Shown here one piece after another: positions 14,630 to 22,738 of a stretch of 24,666 nt of DNA. How positions within the stretch are numbered: the first letter of the stretch is position 1; each line of letters begins with the position of its first letter. The notes below the pieces were generated by a model, which saw nothing but the letters and a program-made list of their open reading frames with translations, had not been told where the DNA came from and ran no database searches. The stretch lies in the IMG/VR virus record IMGVR_UViG_3300025141_016572. The stretch is one strand, 5' to 3'. The position numbers and the translations under genes were made by a program. This DNA is from a virus.

Positions 14630-15927
14630 GCGGAACAATCAAAGAGCTCGAGCACTGGGACAAGAAGGTCAATGAAATAGCAACAGGCTACAAATTAGAT
14701 TGGCACCCAATCAGGTACGAAGTGTGTGACTACTACGCCATGATTGGACACATGGCTTATCACGGGCTTCCAACACACTATGATCACTGGTCATATGGTA
14801 AGTCATTTGAGAGGACACATCAAGCTTACAATGCAGGTGTGGAAGGCTTGCCATACGAACTCATCATCAATTCAGATCCGTCTATCGCATACTTAATGCG
14901 CGAGAACCCGCTGTATCTCCAGATCCTGATTATGGCTCACTGTGTCGGTCACAGCGATTTCTTCAAAAACAACCGAATGTTCAAGAGCACCCGGCCAGAA
15001 TCTGTCATTGGCAGGATGAGGGCAGCTAAAAAGCGAATCAAAGAATATGTGGAGGACCCAAGAATTGGAATTGACAGCGTTGAAGAGACTATCGATGCAT
15101 GTCATGCCTTGCAATTTCAAATCAACCGCGATGGGTCAGAACGCAGAACGCACAAGGAAATGGTTGAATACTACCGAGCTTTGTCAGAAAGAGACAATGA
15201 CGGTCGATATGTTGTCTATGACATCGATACTGTTCCTCTTGAACCGGAAGCTGATATCATGGGATTTGTTTCAGAGCATGGCAAAATGCCGGACTGGAAG
15301 CGTGACATTATTGAGATTTGCCGCGATGAGGCATATTACTTCATGCCGCAAATTCAAACCAAGATCATGAATGAGGGTTGGGCGAGTTTTTGGCACTACA
15401 CAATTTGTCACGATCTTGAGCTGCCAGACAAATACCACTTGCCGTTCCTCAAAATGCACAACTCTGTGATTCGTCCACACATTGGTGGGCTTAATCCTTA
15501 TCACCTAGGCTTTGTCATATTTCAAGACATCAAGAAGCGTCTTGGACTTGAAGAGTGCTTTATTGCGAGGGAATCCCTAAATGACGTGTCATTCATTCGC
15601 CAGTATCTTACTGAAGAGCTTGCTATGGAGTTGGGTCTGTTTAGCTGGAGTGAGAAAAAGAATGCCTGGACGATTGACGAAATCTCCGATGATGATGGGT
15701 GGAAACTCGTTAGAGACACACTGTGCAAATCAGTTGGTGACGCCGGAATACCGGTGATCAAGATTGAAGAGCTTTCGGAAAATGGTCACCTAACTCTTCA
15801 TCACGACCACGATGGTCGAGATATGATTCTCGACTATTCCGACAAAACAGTTGAACATGTTCGCATACTATGGCCTGGGGAGGTCCTTCTTCACACTATT
15901 GTTGAAGGTGATCCGTGGGAAATTTGA
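14626..15927 (+). CDS. spoVR: SpoVR/YcgB-family protein.
   Basis: YHGLPTHYDHWSYGKSFE...PYELIINSDPSIAYLMRENPLYLQILIMAHCVGHSDFFKNNRMF aligns with B. subtilis SpoVR (YGMPTRFSHWSFGKQF...[41 protein letters not shown]). MNEGWASFWH is a family signature. ATG 14626 overlaps the yeaH stop (ATGA). Track lists TTG 14611. Confidence 0.9.
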   Translation: MSGTIKELEHWDKKVNEIATGYKLDWHPIRYEVCDYYAMIGHMAYHGLPTHYDHWSYGKSFERTHQAYNAGVEGLPYELIINSDPSIAYLMRENPLYLQILIMAHCVGHSDFFKNNRMFKSTRPESVIGRMRAAKKRIKEYVEDPRIGIDSVEETIDACHALQFQINRDGSERRTHKEMVEYYRALSERDNDGRYVVYDIDTVPLEPEADIMGFVSEHGKMPDWKRDIIEICRDEAYYFMPQIQTKIMNEGWASFWHYTICHDLELPDKYHLPFLKMHNSVIRPHIGGLNPYHLGFVIFQDIKKRLGLEECFIARESLNDVSFIRQYLTEELAMELGLFSWSEKKNAWTIDEISDDDGWKLVRDTLCKSVGDAGIPVIKIEELSENGHLTLHHDHDGRDMILDYSDKTVEHVRILWPGEVLLHTIVEGDPWEI

Positions 15928-15975
15928 GTTTATGTTTTGTGCCACCGATTTACAGTGGCAACGAAAGGAGAATGC

Positions 15976-17907
15976 ATGAGTGTTAACAGCCTGCTGAAAG
16001 TCATTCAGAAACAGCGAAAAGTAAATGATGGTCGGGAGAGATTTTCTGGGACATTTACAGATTACTTACGATTGCTTGAGAAAAATCCTGATTTGGTGAA
16101 GTCATCTCACAAGAGGCTATACGAGGCATTGATTGAAGATGGCGTTGAAAAAATGCCGGATAGTAATCCGAGAAAGAGCAGGATTTTTGACAACAACACC
16201 ACTAACATTTATAAGTACTTTGAAAAGCACTTCTTCGGAATGGAGAGGGTCCTTGAGAACCTCATGTCATTTTTGCATTCCGCTGCTCATAAAGGTGAGG
16301 AGTCACGCCAAGTCCTTCTATTGATGGGTCCGGTTGGCGCAGGAAAATCTGCGCTTATCGAGCATGTTAAGCATGCGCTGGACGGAAAAGAGTACTATCA
16401 CTTGAAAGGAGACCCCCATCGAGGTGAGCCGCTTCAACTTGTTCCTCGCGGACTCCGTGAGACATTTGAAGAGACACTTGGCATTCGAATTGAGGGTGAT
16501 ATTAGTCCTGTTGCTCGTCACATTCTTCTAAAAGAGCTTGACGGCAAGTATGAGGATTTTGAGATTAAGCAGACAACGTTTTCACAGCGTGGGCGGCGAG
16601 GTATCGCATCAGTGCCTCCCATGGATGCCAATAGTCAAGACGTCGGTGTCCTAATCGGGTCGGTCGATATTTCCAAGCTAGACAAACATCCAGAGGACGA
16701 CCCTCGGGTCCTGTCACTCAATGGCGCTTTCAATGTCGGAAATCGTGGAATCGTGGAGCTTGTTGAGGTTTTCAAAAATGAGATCGAATTCCTTCATACC
16801 ATCATCACAGCCACACAGGAGAAGCGAATTCCATCTCCAGGCAAGAGTGACATGCTTCACTTTGATGGCGTCATCGTGGCACACTGCAATGAAGCAGAAT
16901 GGAATCGGTTCCAGTCCGAGCATACAAATGAGGCAATTCTTGATCGAGTGGTGAAAATTGATGTGCCGTACTGCCTCGAGCTAGATCAGGAAATGAAAAT
17001 CTACAAGAAAATGTTGGGTCTGTCAGACTTCAATGCGCATATCGCCCCACATACACTTCGAGTTGCATCAATGTTCAGCATCATGTCTCGGCTTAGATCA
17101 ACAGCAAAATGTGACTTGGTTACAAAAATGAAGATCTACAATGGCGAGGAGGTCGTCGAAAAGGGGCGAGTCAAGAAGATTGACCTACGTGATCTTAAAG
17201 ACGAGGCCCGGCGCGAAGGAATGTCTGGTATTTCTACTCGATTCATCGCCAAAGCTATCGACATGGCGCTTGTTCGAAGTGAAAACAATATGATCACGCC
17301 GGTGTCTCTGATTGACTCGCTGGTAACATGTATCAAGGAACAAATTTCAGATGAGGAGTTCAAAAACAAGTGCCTCGAGCTCGTCCAGAAAGTGGTTCGT
17401 GAAGAGTACCTGAAAATTCTTGATACAGAGATTGCGAAAGCATTCATCTCAGCGTATGAAGAGCAAGCTCAGGCATTGTTTGATGGTTACTTGGATAATG
17501 CTGAGGCATATACAACCCATCAGCGAATGAAAGATCGTGTCACCAAAGAAGAGCGAAAGCCCGATGAGAAATTCATGACTTCAATCGAGGAACAAATTGG
17601 TGTAACCGGCAGCTCGAAAGATGGCTTTAGAAGCGATGTGACAGCATACATGTTTGCCAAGATGCGACGTGGAGAAATTGTTGACTTCAAAACATACGAG
17701 CCGCTAAAGGAGGCGATTGAGTCATACCTCATCAACTCGGTTCGAGATATCTCTCGAATCGTGACGAAGTCAAAAACACGCGACAAAGATCAACAGAAAA
17801 AATACAGCGAAATGGTCTGTGTAATGATCGATCAGTATGGCTATAATGAAGATAGTGCTGATGAGATCCTCTCATACGCATCTAATAACCTCTGGAGAGA
17901 TAGCTAA
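15976..17907 (+). CDS. prkA: PrkA/YeaG-family putative serine protein kinase (AAA-type P-loop N-domain).
   Basis: RIFDNNTTNIYKYFEKHFFGMERVLENLMSFLHSAAHKGEESRQVLLLMGPVGAGKSALIEHVKHAL aligns with E. coli YeaG RIFSNKKIKVYPAFREFYGMEEVIEQLVAYFRHAAQGLEEKKQILYLLGPVGGGKSSLAERLKQLM. Further matches are KGDPHRGEPL/KGSPVNESPL, THTIITATQE/LHPLLTATQE and FDGVIVAHCNEAEW/FDGIILAHSNESEW. ATG 15976 with AAGGAG RBS. Confidence 0.9.
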   Translation: MSVNSLLKVIQKQRKVNDGRERFSGTFTDYLRLLEKNPDLVKSSHKRLYEALIEDGVEKMPDSNPRKSRIFDNNTTNIYKYFEKHFFGMERVLENLMSFLHSAAHKGEESRQVLLLMGPVGAGKSALIEHVKHALDGKEYYHLKGDPHRGEPLQLVPRGLRETFEETLGIRIEGDISPVARHILLKELDGKYEDFEIKQTTFSQRGRRGIASVPPMDANSQDVGVLIGSVDISKLDKHPEDDPRVLSLNGAFNVGNRGIVELVEVFKNEIEFLHTIITATQEKRIPSPGKSDMLHFDGVIVAHCNEAEWNRFQSEHTNEAILDRVVKIDVPYCLELDQEMKIYKKMLGLSDFNAHIAPHTLRVASMFSIMSRLRSTAKCDLVTKMKIYNGEEVVEKGRVKKIDLRDLKDEARREGMSGISTRFIAKAIDMALVRSENNMITPVSLIDSLVTCIKEQISDEEFKNKCLELVQKVVREEYLKILDTEIAKAFISAYEEQAQALFDGYLDNAEAYTTHQRMKDRVTKEERKPDEKFMTSIEEQIGVTGSSKDGFRSDVTAYMFAKMRRGEIVDFKTYEPLKEAIESYLINSVRDISRIVTKSKTRDKDQQKKYSEMVCVMIDQYGYNEDSADEILSYASNNLWRDS

Positions 17908-18164
17908 TGAAAGGTTGGGCGTCTGAAATTTTGATTGCATGTGGTGTATACTTCGTTTCGCAGAATCATGTATTGGGATACATTCTGTTGTCAATGGGGA
18001 TCCTTGCTGCCATTGTACGATTTGGGGCCTCTCTCATTCGAACAAAAATCAAAGATGACATCTTGTTGTCAATGCATAGTGTTCTCAAGGGTGCAGCTAT
18101 AGCAGTAGGTGAGCTAGATAGTGAGAAACTTCGTACAGCAGTCAAAGAGACAACGATTCACTAA
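17907..18164 (+). CDS. Small membrane protein (85 aa, two hydrophobic helices).
   Basis: ATGA-coupled to the prkA stop. Helices include ILIACGVYFV and ILLSMGILAAIV. Confidence 0.5.
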   Translation: MKGWASEILIACGVYFVSQNHVLGYILLSMGILAAIVRFGASLIRTKIKDDILLSMHSVLKGAAIAVGELDSEKLRTAVKETTIH

Positions 18165-19287
18165 GTCATTTCTTAAAAGAAGTGAGATCCAGTCTGTTGT
18201 CAAGTCAGCCAAAGATGAGCTCCGTGACATCTGCAGTAATTTGCTGTCTGGAAAAATAACATTCAGTTACGGCAGCAAAATCTGCCAGGGTGTACCTCTA
18301 GACTTCCACCGATGTTTGACAGAGTGGTCTCAGAGCTCCTCAATTGATCTGGCCATAAGGAATATCATACTTAGTGCTTTCTATTCAACAGAGGTCAACC
18401 AGGGTGGTTCAGGGCTTATTGCGTGCCTCTTGTGGACGAAACTTATCGATCCGAACAATATTCCGTTGAGTCGTAAAGACTACATCACTGCACAAAATGT
18501 AGATCAGATTCTCGAGACCTGGTCACAAGGCGGATTGTCTTGTTCAGTCGTAAAAAAATTGATGCGTCTTGGGTCTTGTGGGTACCCGGTCGACCTTAAA
18601 GAGGCATCAGGGTTTGGAACAAAAGTCACCTGCATTCGTGGACAAGAAATTGTAGGATCAGTTGATCCGCTTTTTGATAGCAAAGTCAACTTCGAACGAA
18701 TGGACGATGATTTCTACATCCTAGCAGTTGACGGGATTGTTGAGAGTTTGGGCCAGATTCATAGATTCTTGACCCAGGCGGGCCAGCAAAAACTTATGAT
18801 TCTTGCTCGGGGATTCTTGCCAGATGTCTCTAATACAATGGCTACTAACTGGGCATCTGCGAAGTTATTTGCTGTTCCATTTGTAGTAACAGATTGGGGT
18901 GTCGATAACTTTCTTAACTTGTCGCAAGAGGGCTTCGAGTGCATTTCTATTGAAGCCGGTCAATCAATGACATCGGCGAAAATTAAGCAGCAAGTCGCTG
19001 TCAGCATTTTCAAGAAGAGCATTGTGTATCAGTCTTGCTCAAATGTATCCAAGACAAATCTTAGCGTTTCTTTTGGGACAGATCTGGGTACACTCAAAGG
19101 AATTTCAATTGATCGCACAAAAACTTTACTCGCACTGTCTAGATTTGCTGCCAGGTCCGGCTACGCCACACTTTTTGAAGGTGATCATCCGCTGGTTGTC
19201 CCTCAATCTTCGCTGGAGACAGCATCGCGCGCGGAAAAAAGCCTCACCACGATTTTACAAAATTTGGGCGGCGTCATCACATCATAG
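18121..19287 (+). CDS. Hypothetical protein (388 aa). The GTG start overlaps the upstream gene by 44 nt and the true start may lie downstream.
   Basis: Long ORF without internal stops. There is weak, unverified resemblance to the chaperonin intermediate/apical region (FYILAVDGIVESLGQIHRFLTQAGQQKLMILA vs GroEL [33 protein letters not shown]). Confidence 0.5.
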   Translation: MRNFVQQSKRQRFTKSFLKRSEIQSVVKSAKDELRDICSNLLSGKITFSYGSKICQGVPLDFHRCLTEWSQSSSIDLAIRNIILSAFYSTEVNQGGSGLIACLLWTKLIDPNNIPLSRKDYITAQNVDQILETWSQGGLSCSVVKKLMRLGSCGYPVDLKEASGFGTKVTCIRGQEIVGSVDPLFDSKVNFERMDDDFYILAVDGIVESLGQIHRFLTQAGQQKLMILARGFLPDVSNTMATNWASAKLFAVPFVVTDWGVDNFLNLSQEGFECISIEAGQSMTSAKIKQQVAVSIFKKSIVYQSCSNVSKTNLSVSFGTDLGTLKGISIDRTKTLLALSRFAARSGYATLFEGDHPLVVPQSSLETASRAEKSLTTILQNLGGVITS

Positions 19288-19303
19288 TAGAAAAGGAGAC
19301 AAA

Positions 19304-19513
19304 ATGTCAAAACCATCAGAAGGAAAAGTCTGTAGAGCAGTTATTGATCGCCACGACGTAATGAAGAATCAGGTGATAGCTTCTGTTCGTGAAGCCCTCG
19401 GTGCAGATGAATCTAACAAAGCTTTGAGTGGAATCAGCGAGTCTGTTGTTAAAATTTTTCAAGTACACACAAACGGATTGATTAATAACATTTCTAAAGA
19501 ATTTGCTAAGTAA
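19304..19513 (+). CDS. Hypothetical small protein (69 aa).
   Basis: AAAGGAGAcaaaATG RBS. The track's longer ORF from 19022 lies inside the previous gene. Confidence 0.55.
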   Translation: MSKPSEGKVCRAVIDRHDVMKNQVIASVREALGADESNKALSGISESVVKIFQVHTNGLINNISKEFAK

Positions 19514-19518
19514 GTCGG

Positions 19519-19980
19519 ATGCAAGGTTACAAGCACTTACTAGAGTGTCATTGCGTTTTGCCGCAATTTCGGCACAGGAACACCACAGTCTATCATAAGT
19601 TTGTAGTGTTTTCTATCGTGGATGACTCTGATACCGTCGTGTCTAGCCTGGCCCAATGTAACAATTGCGGCACAGTTCATCGAGTTTTTGATATTTGCAA
19701 GTCTGAGATTCTCTCAGGAAAAGATGAGTCCCGAGCTATCGAAAAGAAAGAAGATATCAGCCTGTCCCTTCCGTCATCATTGGTTGAGCTTTTTGACAGC
19801 TATCGACTTGAGTTACCTGACTACCAATACGCAAGATTCATTTTTGAAAATGACTTGTGGAATACAACACTAGTGTTATCAGCCAACAGTGAATCAGGGA
19901 GTCGTGAAGGGAAGATTCTACGATTTGTGTCAGCAGAAAAGTTTAGGGTTGAACCATTTTTGCACAATGAGGTTATCTGA
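19519..19980 (+). CDS. Hypothetical protein (153 aa) with Cys/His cluster (CHC...CNNC...H), possibly zinc-binding.
   Basis: Track ORF. Stop overlaps the next start (TGATGG). Confidence 0.5.
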   Translation: MQGYKHLLECHCVLPQFRHRNTTVYHKFVVFSIVDDSDTVVSSLAQCNNCGTVHRVFDICKSEILSGKDESRAIEKKEDISLSLPSSLVELFDSYRLELPDYQYARFIFENDLWNTTLVLSANSESGSREGKILRFVSAEKFRVEPFLHNEVI

Positions 19981-20237
19981 TGGCTACAAAACTTTCTGCC
20001 CTAGAGTATTCCAGAGCTACACAGAAGGTGAAAGCTCGTGAAATTGCGAGCGAAATCATCAAGTTTGGTGTTACACAAGTTCAACTCCTTTACATTATCA
20101 AGCTACTATCGCTAGAATTAGAGGATATGAAACTAGTACGTGAACTAGGTGATGTGATTAAGAAAGGCGAGTGGTTCGCTATGTCGGGCAGCGAAAAAAT
20201 TGACGATAGTCCGAAAAAGACAAAGATTTACATGTAG
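19980..20237 (+). CDS. Hypothetical protein (85 aa).
   Basis: Track ORF. Confidence 0.45.
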   Translation: MATKLSALEYSRATQKVKAREIASEIIKFGVTQVQLLYIIKLLSLELEDMKLVRELGDVIKKGEWFAMSGSEKIDDSPKKTKIYM

Positions 20238-20247
20238 GAGAAGTGAT

Positions 20248-20454
20248 ATGAGTAATGACTCACAAGGTGTTCTAGAGACGTGGGGCGAGATCAAAGCATT
20301 GGTTACTGAGGCCGAGATCGACGTGCTGAAAAATGCAAACGGTAATTCGGCTGCTGGTGTTAGAGCACGCCGCGCTTTAAGACTTTTGCGAAGCAAAACG
20401 TCTGGCTTGGTTAAGCTGACAATTTCTGAAGAGAAAGCTCGAAAAGACAGCTAA
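20248..20454 (+). CDS. Small basic, probably nucleic-acid-binding protein (68 aa). It includes AAGVRARRALRLLRSK.
   Basis: ATG 20248 with AGGAG 8 nt upstream. Followed by a strong hairpin terminator. Confidence 0.55.
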   Translation: MSNDSQGVLETWGEIKALVTEAEIDVLKNANGNSAAGVRARRALRLLRSKTSGLVKLTISEEKARKDS

Positions 20455-20458
20455 GACC

Positions 20459-20508
20459 CGAACAACAATATGCGAGAACCGGTCTTAGGGCCGGTTCTCG
20501 CGTTGTTC
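20459..20508. terminator. Bidirectional hairpin between convergent genes. Its core stem is CGAGAACCGG / CCGGTTCTCG (20473-20482 / 20491-20500), extended imperfectly to ~18 bp (GAACAAC...GTTGTTC). The stop codon of the minus-strand gene (20485-20487) lies in the loop.
   Basis: Read directly. It is flanked by the stop of gene 20248..20454 (+) and the 3' end of gene 20485..20676 (-). Confidence 0.65.
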
Positions 20509-20676
20509 ATTGGTGAAGGTTTCGAGTTTCGAGTCCTTCCGTAATTTTTCCAAAATCAGCTTTTCTAGTTGACAGATTCTCATTCTTGTCAACCCTAACT
20601 TATCACCGATTTCTTGCAGGGACTTGTCCCTCATTGACTTCTTTATTTGCTCTCGCGGAAACTTGGGTTTTTTCAT
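20485..20676 (-). CDS. Sigma70 region-4-like HTH protein (63 aa): MKKPKFPREQIKKSMRDKSLQEIGDKLGLTRMRICQLEKLILEKLRK...
   Basis: SLQEIGDKLGLTRMRICQLEKLILEKLRK matches sigma-70 region 4.2 (TLeEvg..lgvTReRIRQIEakALrKLR). Start at the internal ATG 20676 (AGGAttgtgaaaATG RBS on the minus strand) rather than track 20730. Confidence 0.6.
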   Translation of the reverse strand: MKKPKFPREQIKKSMRDKSLQEIGDKLGLTRMRICQLEKLILEKLRKDSKLETFTNEQRENRP

Positions 20677-20723
20677 TTTCACAATCCTGTTTATTATTGT
20701 GACTAAGGAGGCACATTTTTTCA

Positions 20724-22031
20724 ATGACAAAGCTAAATAAGAAGATCATAATCCTCGATACCAGTGTTCTTCTCTATGACAAGAAGTCGCTAGAGAACTT
20801 TCCCGGGTGTGACGTCATTCTACCTCTGGTCGTCTTGGACGAGCTGGATAGATTCAAAGATAAGTCAGGCCTCCTTGGAGAGAATGCACGATATATCAAT
20901 CGTCTTCTGGACGAGTTCCGAAAGCTAGGTCCTCTGCATTCAGGTGTAGATGTAGGAAACGAACAGACGGTAACCATACGTCTAGTTACTCCAGATGTGC
21001 CCAGAGACTTTCCTCTTGATCCTACCTATGGTGACAACAGGATACTGTTGGAAGCCCTCCAGATCAAAGCAGGGAACCCAGATCGCAATATCACAATTGT
21101 CTCAAAAGACATAAATCTTCGTGTCAAAAGTGACGCGTTAGAACTTCGGTCTGAGGATTACTACAGTGACTATATCGATCTACCTGAGGATCATTGGACC
21201 GGTGTTGAAACCATAACACCGAAAGGAAATGAAATTGATAATCTGTATCAATCCAAGTCGATCCCATATGAAAGTGATATGAGTCACAACTCGTTCATTG
21301 TTTTGAGGGAAAAGCAATCAAAGAAGTCAGCTTTATGTGTCTGGAATGCCATTGAAGACAAGCTTCATTTAGTGCCCGATCTCGATGTCAAGACCGGTGA
21401 TACATCGAGTTTTTCTGCCAAGAATAAGGAGCAGAAATTTGCGATGTGGGCACTTTTGAACAATCAGATTCCACTGGTCACAATGACCGGTCTTGCCGGC
21501 TCCGGAAAAACATTTATGGCATTGCTGTCAGGAATCAATCAGGTTCAGTCTGGAAGGTATGAAAGGATCGTAATCACAAGAAACATCCAGCCTGTCGGAA
21601 AAGAACTGGGTTTTCTTCCTGGAGACGCAAACGAAAAGATGCTTCCATGGATGTCACCGGCAATTGACAATCTCAGAAATCACTTTAAGGATCGTCGAAC
21701 GTTTGATTTGATGCATGTGAACGGACTGATTGAAATTGCTCCGATGTCATTCATTCGTGGCAGAACTTTCGCGAATGCGTTTATTGTCCTGGATGAAGCT
21801 CAAAATGCTTCGATTCATGAACTCAAAACTGTGATCACTCGTGTTGGTGAAGGCAGCAAGATTATTCTAATGGGTGACACAGATCAGATTGACACACCCT
21901 ACATCAATAAGAACACGAATGGGTTGAGCATCGTGGCAAAACGGATGAGGGAGTCTCTCCACACTGCACACATCCATCTGCCAGTTGGAATAAGATCAAC
22001 TATCGCCTCAGAGGCAAGTTACTTGCTCTAA
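20724..22031 (+). CDS. phoH: PhoH2-type protein with an N-terminal PIN domain fused to a PhoH-like P-loop ATPase (YlaK-like).
   Basis: PIN region: IIILDTSVLL ... PLVVLDELD ... acidic residues. PhoH motifs: Walker A GLAGSGKTFMAL, Walker B FIVLDEAQN, signature GDTDQID. The 435-aa length fits PIN-PhoH fusions. Strong RBS TAAGGAGG. Confidence 0.85.
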   Translation: MTKLNKKIIILDTSVLLYDKKSLENFPGCDVILPLVVLDELDRFKDKSGLLGENARYINRLLDEFRKLGPLHSGVDVGNEQTVTIRLVTPDVPRDFPLDPTYGDNRILLEALQIKAGNPDRNITIVSKDINLRVKSDALELRSEDYYSDYIDLPEDHWTGVETITPKGNEIDNLYQSKSIPYESDMSHNSFIVLREKQSKKSALCVWNAIEDKLHLVPDLDVKTGDTSSFSAKNKEQKFAMWALLNNQIPLVTMTGLAGSGKTFMALLSGINQVQSGRYERIVITRNIQPVGKELGFLPGDANEKMLPWMSPAIDNLRNHFKDRRTFDLMHVNGLIEIAPMSFIRGRTFANAFIVLDEAQNASIHELKTVITRVGEGSKIILMGDTDQIDTPYINKNTNGLSIVAKRMRESLHTAHIHLPVGIRSTIASEASYLL

Positions 22032-22069
22032 AAAAACATCGACAGGATATTTAGTCCTGAGGTGTTAAC

Positions 22070-22414
22070 ATGGGAAGTCTTCGGGCGCGCTTAATTGATA
22101 GAAATCGCTATTCAAAGCGATACCCACTAATTCGGGCCCCAAAGCGTCTTTCGTATTTGGGTGATGAAAATATGGCAATTGAAGTGGGGTCAATTGAGTT
22201 CAGCAACGCAGATACAGGGACACTCACATTCGAAATACCGTTTACTGACACTTCGTACCAAGTTGTTGCCACGGCCCGGGACAGCGGTGATGCAGGTGGC
22301 GCAGACGTTAATATCTGGATTGACTCGTCTCTTAGTAGTCAAACCAAAGTGGTTGTTAAGAGCAGTACAACATTTACCGGATTTGTTGATATTTTTGCAG
22401 TGAGAATAGGATGA
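22070..22414 (+). CDS. Hypothetical protein. Start is ATG 22070 (GAGGTG RBS) or in-frame ATG 22172 (MAIEVGSIEFSNADTGTLTF...). It is beta-rich and possibly fibre-associated.
   Basis: Track ORF immediately upstream of the fibre gene cluster. Confidence 0.5.
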   Translation: MGSLRARLIDRNRYSKRYPLIRAPKRLSYLGDENMAIEVGSIEFSNADTGTLTFEIPFTDTSYQVVATARDSGDAGGADVNIWIDSSLSSQTKVVVKSSTTFTGFVDIFAVRIG

Positions 22415-22737
22415 GATTGTTCAATTTTACTATCACTAGCGGGCAAAGGACAATTGCTGACATTGCGGCAACTTCGCCAACGCCACAGCTAATTGCATCA
22501 GGTGTTATTGGAAATGGTGTAACAGATCTCAATCGAAAAACAAGCAACCTGTACGCATTTGCCACACACGAAGGTGATAGTTCAGATGAGGACCCGTATG
22601 GAAATGCAAGGCTATATAACTTGAGCGTGGTGAATACAACATCCGAGTTAGCAATGAGTCAGAGTTTTAGTGCACCAATAATCGGATCGGCCATAGTGAA
22701 TTTTGTATTCATAACAGATAGAAAAAGCGAGGGATAA
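22411..22737 (+). CDS. Hypothetical beta-rich protein (108 aa), possibly a structural or fibre accessory protein.
   Basis: ATGA-coupled. It ends 1 nt before the fibre gene start. Confidence 0.5.
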   Translation: MRLFNFTITSGQRTIADIAATSPTPQLIASGVIGNGVTDLNRKTSNLYAFATHEGDSSDEDPYGNARLYNLSVVNTTSELAMSQSFSAPIIGSAIVNFVFITDRKSEG

Positions 22738-22738
22738 G

